Part shown: positions 48,601 through 58,934 of the stretch, in pieces
Layout of the letters: every line of letters starts with the position of its first letter
Position numbering within the stretch: position 1 is the stretch's first letter
DNA from: Azolla caroliniana
Lineage: Eukaryota > Plantae > Polypodiophyta
Reading direction: 5' to 3'
Assembly (NCBI GenBank): GCA_043228905.1
Contig: JBHGNT010000001.1
Span: 17,484,001-17,548,000 of the forward strand
DNA length: 64,000 bases
The notes under the pieces: model-generated
Databases searched by the model: none
What the model was told of the DNA's origin: nothing
What the model saw: only the letters and a program-made list of their open reading frames with translations
Translations under genes and position numbers: made by a program

Positions 48601-51310
48601 AGAAACAATTACAGTGCAAGAACAAGAGCTTGTCGTTCTCAAACAAGACCTGGCTGCACAGGAAGCATTACGGGTCAGGGAAAGAGAATTAAAATTGGTG
48701 GTGGAGGAGGAACAACGGATAACTGCCGACAACCTCCGCCAAGCAGAAGAAAGCCTACGAAAGGGACACCAAGCCTATGACCGGCTTAAGAAAGAGAAAG
48801 AAAAATTGTTGCAAGAGAAGGATAAACTCCGAAGGATGGCAGAAACAGAGATAGAGAGGCTCAAAGAAGAGCTTCGGCAGCAAAAGGATAGGGAAGACCA
48901 AGCTCGCCGCCAAATCAATCAGGAGCTGAAGCAGAAAACAAATGATTTTCACTACCTGCACCGGGATTATAAACATGTCAACACGGAATACAAGAAGCTC
49001 ATCACCGACAACGACCGGCATCAGGAGAAGATGTTCGAGCTCCAGAACGAAGTGCAACGGGCGGAGACGGCACTAGCGGAAGAACGGGCTGAGAAAGAAA
49101 CTATACAAGCTGAAGCGGTGGAGGAACGCCTAGAACTCCAGATGCAACATCATGCGGAAACTAAACGCGCCACCATGGTCTTACAAAGAGTGTAAACAAC
49201 TTATCAGAATCAACTGGTGCGCTACAAGGACCAGGAGGTGGTAACTACGAACCTAATCAAACAGTTGAAAGATGAACGGCAGGCCGCAGAAGACAAATCA
49301 AAGATGGGGCGGGAGCAGATCCGGTGCATTGTATAAGCATGAAAGAATCGAACGAAACTATTGATTGAAGACAGCTCAGTATTATGGTGGTCGAAATGGG
49401 CGAAGCATGCTGTCGAGCTACAGTTGCTGAGGGCGGACGCATAAAACCGGCAAAGGGAAGGAGATGAGTTCTATAAGCTGGAAAGGAAGACTTTGCTGCC
49501 GTGAAAGATGAATTGGCAAATGACTTTGTTGCGTTGGCTGATGAACAGATAACAGTGGTCCGGCAACTAGTAGCACAACTAGACGATGATCGGGTGGATA
49601 ACCAAATCTTGTTTGAAAGTTACGAAAAGGAGAGGTTATGGCAAGAGGCAACGAAGAGCGCGGCAACAATCAATCTCAGTGATGAAGAGCCATCGTCGGA
49701 GCAAAGGACGGACAGAGGCAAGGCTGGGATAAGCCAACCGGATTTAACTCAGGAGGAGCAGCCAAGGGAGGAATATCTGCAACAACCGTCGACACCAGGA
49801 GCCAGACAACAGCTATCAGAGGAGCAACGCCCAGAAGAGCTGGAGACTGCGCAGCAGCGGGAGCAACACCCATAAGAGCCAGAGATCGCGCATCAGTAGG
49901 AGCAACAACAACAGCTAATGGAGCAACAGCCGGAGCAACAGCCACAACCAACGGAGCAGGAGGAGGAGGAGCAACAATAGCAGCAATAGTCTGATCAGCT
50001 TTCCGAAGAACCCTTAGAGCCCCTCGATTAGAGCATTTTGGACATTTTGGACGAGGATTGAAGGCCGGATAGTGGGATTCGACGTACAAGGTACTGTCCC
50101 ACGAGCGTGCCATGTGTTAGCCAGCCGGCAAGGAGTGGAGGACAGTCCAGAAGGTGAAAGGGTAGGAATTATTAGAAGCTGTTATTAGAGTAATTAGTAA
50201 TTAAGTATATTTTGAGAAGTGAATGGATGGACAGGAATCGGTATGCCGATCTGGATCCGGACCGGTTCATATCAGTGTGCCAGTTGGCACCGTTTTGTAT
50301 GCAGAGCCGTGATCTATAAAAAGCCCCGGTTACATTGTAAAAAAGGACGGATAATTAATAAAGCTCTATTGTCTTATCTTTGTGTATTGATTACCGTTCT
50401 ATGGTAATTACTTTCTATCTTACGCATGTATTAAGATTCATGATATGTTCCTTAAGTAGCCGATATAGGTCTGATTAATTGTCGGTCTAACTCTATCTCA
50501 CCGTAACACCCTTTGGTGAAGTGTCTTCCGTAGACACCTTGTGTTAGGCTATTGTCCGGCTCTTAGGAGTAACATATTCTGGGCATACCAATTTGCCGAT
50601 GGACCATCCAATGATAGGACGAACTCAACGATTTTTTATTTTTCCTCGACTGCTACCGACAGTCGTTGTGCTACATGGTTTACTTCCCATGTGATCAGAA
50701 AATTTCTTATATTCTCTTCTGCATCTGCACCATCTCTGTATTTCGAGTAAGGGTACGGCATATTGTCAGCTCCCCAAATGTCGAAAAAAGAACCTTGCTT
50801 AGACTACTCCTTGTCTGAATGATTATCTATTAAATCCGGGTTCTACTACACTCCCGATCAACTTCTTCGAAATTGTCAGCCCTACCTTCTGCTAGACATT
50901 GAGTCTCTACTCGTGTGGAAGGACGTTTCCGACCGACATGTGTTTTCTGACTACATGATGTCCATTCCACCTTGTTCTCTACCTTCTTCGAAATTGTCAG
51001 CCCTACCTTCTGCTAGACATTGAGTCTCTACTCGTGTGCAAGGACGTTTCCGACCGACATGTGTTTCCTGACTACATGACGTCCATTCCACCTTGTTCTC
51101 TGCCTATTGCATATGTAACCGGGCATGCTAAAATTATTGTGTTGTTCGGCTGACAGTCGATTACTGTATGCAGCTGACACAATACGTCAAACGTTCAAAT
51201 CTGAACGTTCTATCAAGGTGATTGTGGTAGAATGATGAATTAGCATTCTAGTCGGTAAATAAGACTAATTCTCTGAGTACCTTGATCGATTAATTGGTCT
51301 TAATATAATT
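39700..51310 (-). mobile_element. Decayed non-chromoviral Gypsy with an extra 3' ORF; interrupted by 45319-50574
   Basis: LTR remnant ~51140-51310 and Arg-type PBS TAGCATGCCCGGT (51130-51118). gag, TIDGGSRLNVI PR, RT, FTFHVDHSAL RNase H, STPYYPQANGLA INT; extra ORF at 39706-40146. Confidence 0.8.
45319..50574 (+). mobile_element. Non-autonomous Gypsy derivative: gag plus a coiled-coil ORF, pol deleted
   Basis: ~460-bp LTRs at 45319-45779 and 50115-50574, perfect TSD TATTC, PBS TGGCAACCAC (Arg-type). gag homologous to that at 17.4-18.9 kb; E/K/Q/R-rich ORF at 48551-49195. Confidence 0.88.
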
Positions 51311-51879
51311 ACTTATTAAGCATAGTAAACCATGAATCGACAATGAGAATAACTATGCACATAGATACTATCAACATAGAACACATTTGCGTTCACAAGT
51401 GGAAGGATCGCGCACAAGTGGAAGGATAAGGAATATTCCGTTTGATTTTGGGGGTTTTTTTGCCATTTCACAAAACATCTTGATACTAGTATCACATGTT
51501 CTCCAAAAATTGATGAAAAAGTTGAAATTTTCACCATTTGGTAAAATTGAAAAATGCCAAATTTGGGTAAAATATGAAAAGTAACTTTGTGGATTTTTAA
51601 AGAAAAATTACAACTAATTATAGGGCCATGTTCTGTTATAGGTTAGCTTGGACCAAAATCAGCCTCAATTTAAACTAGTTCATGTTTCTCCATAAGTTTG
51701 GTAGTCAGCTATGCACGCGGTGAAACCAATGTCATAAATCTACTAACCAAATATATAAAAATAAAATTGAAACATATAGAAGATTATAAAGAATAGAATC
51801 CACTAGGTAAAACCCAAAATTTATATTAATAATGTGAAATCCTAACAAATCGTAAGTGTCATTTTCTTCATAGAGTCTA

Positions 51880-53985
51880 TTACATAGCAATCAATTCATC
51901 AACGTCATTTTCTTCATCATCTTGTGTAGAACTGTCTTCCGCTATACATGCATTGGTTTCCCCTGTTAGCCGAGCCAACGAAATATCTTCTATAAGCTCA
52001 TCATCAAGCTCTATTAGCTCCCCCGGTTCGCCGGCTAACGGAGGAATTGCCTCTCGCGAAGCAGGTTGAAACCTTTCTGTATTGGCGAGGTTCTTTGCAC
52101 CGACCTACTCATCCTGGTCTGGGCACTCCCACAAAGCCTTAATCCGCATATTAATAAATATAACTTGGTCCTCGTCCTTCTCCAATGCAACTGTATTTCT
52201 AAAAAGCTTCAATGCACATGCAGACGTAGTTCCTGTGATGTAAGTAACAAGAAGATTTAGTTGTCAAACGAAAAAAAAAAGGGATTGGTTATCTCAAGAT
52301 CGTTACCCTAGTTCGAGGAATACCTGTGCCAGAAAAGAAATCTAATCCAGTCTCCTTCGACAGAAAACATCTCGATCAAGCGCATCATAAGTCGTTGAGG
52401 TTTTTGGTATGGGTTGACAAGTCCCCGTTCTGTCGTGGTGACATGTCGCAGTTTCCGTGTCACTGCTGGATATACCAACAGATTTGAACCTCCCACTTCA
52501 TTAGAATGCTCTTTGATTCTCTGTTTCTTAATTTCATCGAAGTAGCCAACCATTATGTATTCAATGGCATTAACGAACCGAAAAGTTGGCCCTCTATTTA
52601 CATTGGTCTTGATCCTATAAAAAATAATACATCGAGTTAAGAATAGATTCAACAACCTTAAGAAATGCAATATAGTGAAAGACACCTATAAATAATCCTT
52701 ACCATGCAAGGTTCTCGATGCCATGGCAACGAGATCTCAAAGCTTCGTTAGCTCAGCGAAATCCTTGACCATCTTCTCCAATTGTTTAAACCTAAACGGT
52801 TCATCGTCGTATGATGACCCAGCCATTCGAAATTCATAAGGAATATCCGCAATCATTAGCATATATTCCTTCTTTGGCACCTTTTGGATCAAGTCGACGA
52901 CATCACCGCAAACCACATTGTAGTAAAGGTCTCTCGTAATATCTTTTTTGTGGCTAAATTTTTTAAAGGAGCCATCTTCCTCCATTTCGTACGCCTTGAC
53001 TAAGCGACGATCCTTTTCTTTTCTGGCTCGCTCGAGATGTGCAAGGAAGGATGTAGGGAAATCGTGTATATCCTTAACTTCTCCTTGTTTCTTGCCTCGA
53101 CACGGTTTCTAATAGAAGCAATAGGACATCAGGTATTATTATACAAGCTCTACATATGATGAAAGGGTAATGAAAAACCATGAATACTAACCCAATCCTT
53201 GAATGCAATAAAATACTCTGATAATGCCTTATATGAAGACGTTAGAGGATAATCCTCGGTCACTTGTTCCCAAGTTATACATCCAAGTTGTTTCATCATA
53301 ACTTCTTGGATCTTCATGTACACCTTATGACTGTAAAATTAGAAATCAAGATTAGAACTTTGAATTACACCAGATAGACTACAATTTCAGTATTTGAAAG
53401 ACTTACTTATTGAACTCAGTGACCATTTCTTCAAGGCTTAAATCTTTCGCCACAACCCTTGACAAAACAGACACAAGAAGCTGCTCGTCCTTAATACCTT
53501 GCATCGCTCTCCATAGAGACAGCTTCATGTCGTCTGCCGCTTCTTCAATTGTCAAGTCAATTTTCTTGGCGGCTTGTGACTTTAACTCTAGTTGAGGGTC
53601 AACCTTACATTTCTTTTGTCGTTGACCCTTTACCTCCTTATTCTCCCACATTGAGAAGATTTGATCTTGTAGGTCCCATACTTCTCCATCTCTAAACGCC
53701 AATTGAAACCAAGACTCATACTTTCGAAGACCATCGGACCTAACATTATCATCTACCACAATGCCGACTTCATGCAGACATTGGCGTCGTAGGCCTGGAT
53801 GTAACTTCACACCAAACTTTTGTTTCACGTCTAAATACTCGTGGTGGAAGAACCGTATACGCTCAATGGACGACATTTTCTGCCTATAATCATTATCATT
53901 ATTATGGTCCCATGCCAACAGCTTAGCCTCTTCGGTTGTGAGCCCAACATAAATTTTGCACTCGGCATACTTGAAGAAGAATCAC
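51880..53985 (-). pseudogene. Spliced pseudogene: ParB-like domain tail + beta-class N6-adenine/N4-cytosine DNA methyltransferase
   Basis: GT-AG introns at 53406-53331, 53191-53109, 52702-52615 and 52323-52233 join in frame. Motifs CGDVVDLI...MIADIPY (motif IV), WIKTN...AIEYI, NPYQKPQRLMMRLIEMFSVEGDWI.DFFSGTGTTSACALKLFRNTVALEKD (motifs X-I-II). N-terminal IYVGLTTEEAKLLAWDHN...KMSSIE. Two frameshifts and one stop. Confidence 0.85.
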
Positions 53986-53989
53986 TGCT

Positions 53990-54400
53990 ATAGATAATAT
54001 ACAATTGTGACTCTTCCTCCTCATCTTCCAATGTACCAATCAAATCATTGTCTTCACCAAATGGTATCTCCAAATTTTGTGCAATAAATCTTCTTCGCCT
54101 TCAATCTGAGATATCTTCTAGACTTGCTAATATCTCTTTTATTATGCGTATTGTTATTGTCCTTATACATCCAACTTTTGTTTGTGTAAAGTCATACATA
54201 ATGATATCCACCTCATTAATGTCAATGATAGATGTATTACAAACGTTTAATACATCATCACGTCCAAAACTTTACCAATGCAGAATTGGTACCCTAGGTC
54301 ATGACCATCTACGTATAGCTATTAATATCCCCATCTTGAGTTCTTGCAAGTTTCCTTGTCATCTGAGTTATACTTGTGTTGTCATCCTTCGTTCCAACTA
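53990..54400 (-). pseudogene. Paralogous C-terminal exon of the Sola-like transposase
   Basis: LGYQFCIGKVLD...VDIIMYDFTQTKVGCIRTITIRIIK...EDNDLIG aligns with LGHPFWIA...VDILVYDFSLTKTGHLR*TTIKIIK...EDNALIA at 16260-16660. Confidence 0.75.
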
Positions 54401-55105
54401 TAAAGATTAACATTAAGTAGTGATTAAGAACCACGCGAACACTTTATGGACCATGTAAATGGCATTTGCATGGTTCAATTACCATCAACACAATTATTAA
54501 TAGTTTTTTGTTAATCAATGATGCACATGTTCACCATAAAGTATCTTGTTGTACAACATACTTGTTTGCACTACCGATATGCCTCTTTTTCTCTTGTTAA
54601 AACAAACATTTTAGTGCGATTCAAGTTCATGTTTAAAAGACCTCTTTTATTTGAAAAACAACAACATTTTAAACATTAAGTCGATATGTTATATCGAGTT
54701 GATGTAAAAAATAGAGTTTTCATCATAATTCCATACAATGTATTGAATTCTTGCTCAAAGTTTTTTTTACTGGATTTAAAAAATAATAATAATAATAAAT
54801 TGTGCTTGAGTTCATCTAGAAAATCATAATTTTCATCACAATTCGATATAATGTATTGAGTTCATGCTTAAAGTAATTTTTTCTAATTGTTTTCAATTTT
54901 GTTTAAAAAATTTTCAAATTTTTATAATTCTGTTTTATTTTTTAAACATCAATTTGATACATTATATCGACTTGTGATAAAAGCTCTGGTTTTTTCATCA
55001 CTTATTAAAGCTCAATTTTGTTTTAGAAAAAAAAACAAAATACCAAAATAAAATAGAAAAAAAATGTAATTATTTTTTTTTAAAAATCCAAAATTAAACT
55101 TTTCA

Positions 55106-55142
55106 TGTCATGATATGGTAGGACTCGAACCCATGACCTTAT
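55106..55142 (+). repeat. First 37 bp of another Tcn1-like LTR (opposite orientation), cut by a Copia insertion
   Basis: TGTCATGATATGGTAGGACTCGAACCCATGACCTTAT is nearly the exact reverse complement of 10622-10658. Confidence 0.85.
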
Positions 55143-58100
55143 TGACGAGAACTTGGCGTTCCTTATGCGCAACTCTCGGCCACAACCGAGATTCTTTTCA
55201 TACACAGAAAACGAGAAATGAAGCACGACACAAAGGAGAGGAAGATACATAGGAGGTTAACGTGGAAAACCCCAACCTAGGGGGAAAAACCACGGCAGCC
55301 CACAGGCTGCAAACTGTCACTATGTATGAATGTACAATACAGTGAGTTCACGGAGGCAACGACCTCAGACTCACGATCTTCGCCACAGGCGGCGGTTACA
55401 ACAGAGGCAACGACCTCTTTCTCTCTCTCTCTCTCTCTATACAACGTTACGTGCTCTCTCTTCTTCTTCTTGCACCAACAAAAAAAATGACAGCAACTAC
55501 TTAAAAGTTTGCCCTAAGTCATATTTATACTAATATGACTTTTCGGCTATTTACAAATGTAGCCACAATGGGCTCTCAGAAACATATTTACGAATATGTC
55601 TCTTCCTCCGGCTCATACCGGTTCTGCACCATCCGGCTCTCCGTAGTCGGGTACTCCTCATCCGGTTCACACCGGGCTTGCACCATCCGGCTCTCCGTAG
55701 CCGGGTACTACTCATCCGGTTCACACCGGGCTTGTATCATCCGGCTCTCCGTAGCCGAGTACTACTCATCAGGTTCACACCGGGCCTATATCATCCGGCT
55801 CTCCGTAGCCGGGTACTCCTCATACCGTTTCGACCTCGGCCTATCGGCCTCGGCTGAGTTTGTTCGTCGGCACTGTTCTTCTCCCTTCCCATCCGGAGGG
55901 ACCTGTCTCCCAGCAAACTCCCCCTTCACTCCGGCATGGGGTGTCTTACCAGTCCGATTCTCTTCCGGCATGCATCCAGCTTGTCGGGTGTTAGCACTTT
56001 GGTCAGCATATCTGACCCGTTCTCGGCCATGTGGATCTTCGTCAGTGCGAACTCCTGGTCATCTACTCTTTCCCGGATCCAGTGATACCTCCGCTGGATA
56101 TGCTTCGTCCGGGAATGGTAGGCCGCATTTTTAGCAAGGTGGATGGCACTTTGACTGTCGCAATAGAGTCGGTATTCCTCTTGCCGTATACCGAGCTCTC
56201 CAATGAAGTCCTTCATCCATAAAATTTCCTTGCCGGCTTCCACAGCCGCCATGTACTCCGCCTCCGTGGTTGACAATGCAACCGTCTTCTGCAGCCTCGA
56301 CTGCCACGAAACAGCTCCCCCTGCATATGTCATTACATACCCGAATGTAGACCGGCTGGTATCCACATCAGCCGACATGTTCGAATCGGTGAAACAGTCC
56401 AGTTGAGGTTTTCCAAAGCCGAATCGGAGACACATATTTGAAGTGCCCTTCAAATACCGGAGTATCCACTTGACCGCGTTCCAGTGCTCCTTGCCGGGAT
56501 TGCTCATAAACCGGCTCACCACTCCGACTGCGTATCCTATGTCTGGTCGGGTACAAACCATTGCGTACATCAAGCTCCCGACGGCAGAGGCATATGGAAT
56601 CTTCATCATATCTGCCTTCTCTCCTTTCGTCTTCGGGCTTTGCTTGCCGGACAGCTTGCAATTTGCCGGAAGTGTCGATCCGACCGGTTTTGCATCTGAC
56701 ATGTTGAACCGGTGAAGCACTTTTGTCACGTACTTCTCCTGTGACAGCCATAATTGCTTCACTGACCGGTCCCGAATGATGTGCATCCCCAGCATCTGTC
56801 TTGCCGGACCCAAGTCTTGCATTGAGAAAGTTTGGTTGAGAAGGTCCGGTTGAGAGCCTTCTTCAGCATCCGTATTTTGACTTGGTCCCGTCCGACGATC
56901 AACATGTCATCCACGTACAGGAGGAGTATCAGGAAGTCCCCTCCTTCGAACTTCTTCACAAACACGCAGTGATCGGCCTGCGTCTTGTGGTACCCTTGAT
57001 CGGTCATGAAGGAGTCGAACTTCCGGTACCATTGTCGGGGAGCCTGCTTCAGTCCGTACAGGCTCTTCTTCAACCGGCATACTAGGTGCTCCTTCCCTTT
57101 CTCCACGAATCCTTCCGGTTGCTGCATGTAGATCTCCTCTTCGAGGTCGCCGTGAAGGAATGTCGTCTTCACGTCCAGCTGCTCTACCTCAAGGTCCATG
57201 CTTGCTGCTATACTCAGCACCGTCCGGATGGAGGTCATCTTTACTACCGGGGCAAATATCTCGTCGAAGTCCACGCCCTTCTTCTGCTGGAACCCCTTCA
57301 CCACGATCCTGGCTTTGTATCTCGGGGGGTTGCCGGCATCTCCCGGTTTCAACTTGTACACCCACTTGTTTCGGAGTGCCCGCTTTCCTTTCGGCAACTC
57401 CACCAAATCGTATGTATGGTTCTCATGCAAGGAATCCATCTCGTCCTGCATGGCACTTAACCATTTTCGGCTGTGGGTGTCTTCCTTCACTTCTTCGAAG
57501 CTTTCCGGCTCCCCCTCATCGGTCAGCAGAACATGCTTTGAATCCGGAAATCTCCGGGGCGCCCTTCTCTCTCTGAGAGGATATCTCTGTCTCTGGGCTT
57601 CGGTAACCGGCTCCTCCATTTGCTCTTCATCCGAATCCGATTCGGCGTCTTGACCGGTTCTGGTCTCAGCTTCCTCTACTTCTTCTTCTGCCGGTTCGGT
57701 ATCCTCACCGTAACCGGCTGGTTCGTCGAGTGCTAACCGGTCTCTTGCCGGTTGGGTCTACTCATCATAGAGTCTATCCTTACCGGTCGACTCAGGGTTC
57801 ATTATCTTCTTCTCCGACTCCCAGTCGGCGAGCGTCTTGTCCTCCATGAAGATAATATCTCGACTCCGGAATACCTTCTTGTCGACCGGGTCCCACACTC
57901 GGTAGCCGAACTCATCGTCACCGTAACCGAGGAATATGCATGGCCGGGTCTTTGGATCTAGTTTTCCTCTCCGGTCCTTTGCTACATGCACGTACGCGAG
58001 ACACCCGAACACCTTCAGATGCCGGTAGGATACTTCCTTACCGATCCACACTCTTTGTGGCGTGTATCCATCCAAGGGTACAGAGGGTGATCTATTAATC

Positions 58101-58659
58101 ACATATGTCGCCGTCGACAGTGCCTCAGCCCAAAACTTCTTGGGTAGTTTTGCATGCGCTAGCATACTCCGGACCCTCTCCATTATGGTCTGGTTCATCC
58201 TCTCGGCCAGTCCGTTTATGTGAGGAATCACCGCTTGGATTCACCTTCTTCACTCGGCCACAACCGATTAATCGCGGATCAATGTAGCAGAAAATAGGAA
58301 ATACAGAGAAAGACGCGATACACAGGGATTAACGTGGAAAACCCTATACGGGAAAAACCACGGGAGTGCGAGACTCCGAACCAAACTATGCACAGAGAAA
58401 TATACAATAGCGAGCTGCAAGGCAACGACCTTGAGCTCGCTGTCCTCGCCACAGGCGGCGGAAGTACACAGAGGCGTCTACCTCTTCGTCTCTCTCGCGC
58501 TCTATCTCTCTCTCTCTCTCGGCTGCTCTCACTTCGCATGGGAAAAATGAGCAACAACATAAACTGTTTGCCCTAAGTCATATTTATACATATATGACTT
58601 TCGGGCTATTTACAAATATAGCCACAAGGGCTCTTAGCAAACATATTCACAAATATGTC

Positions 58660-58890
58660 CCCGCATCCGGATCCGTATCCGGGTACTCTTCATCCGGCTC
58701 CGTAACCGGGGTCTTCATCATCCGGATCCGTATCCGGGTACTCTTCATCCGGCTCCGTAACCGGGGTCTTCATCTTCCGGATCCGTATCCGGGTACTCTT
58801 CATCCGGCTCCGTAACCGGGGTCTTCATCTTCCGGATCCGTATCCGGGTACTCTTCATCCGGCTCCGTAACCGGGTACTCTTCATCATCC
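58660..58890. repeat. Four 55-bp CCGG-rich tandem units in U3 (repeated at 63482-63712)
   Basis: TCCGGATCCGTATCC recurs every 55 bp. The host LTR has 54-bp equivalents at 55631-55830. Confidence 0.9.
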
Positions 58891-58934
58891 GGACATCCCA
58901 TCCGGAGGGACCGAAATCCCAACAAACTCCCCCT

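Noticed and set aside
51880-53985. Bacterial contamination or a restriction-modification operon as the source of the MTase
   Set aside because: It has four spliceosomal introns, is embedded among plant retrotransposons, and has no neighbouring endonuclease.
54640-55105. AT-rich tract with imperfect direct and inverted repeats as a transposon end or MITE
   Set aside because: No clear TIR pair or TSD could be defined by eye.
55535-56134. Repetitive 199-aa ORF and similar LTR ORFs (1640-2149, 15340-15750, 35144-35614)
   Set aside because: These are translations of tandem repeats inside LTRs with no protein motifs.
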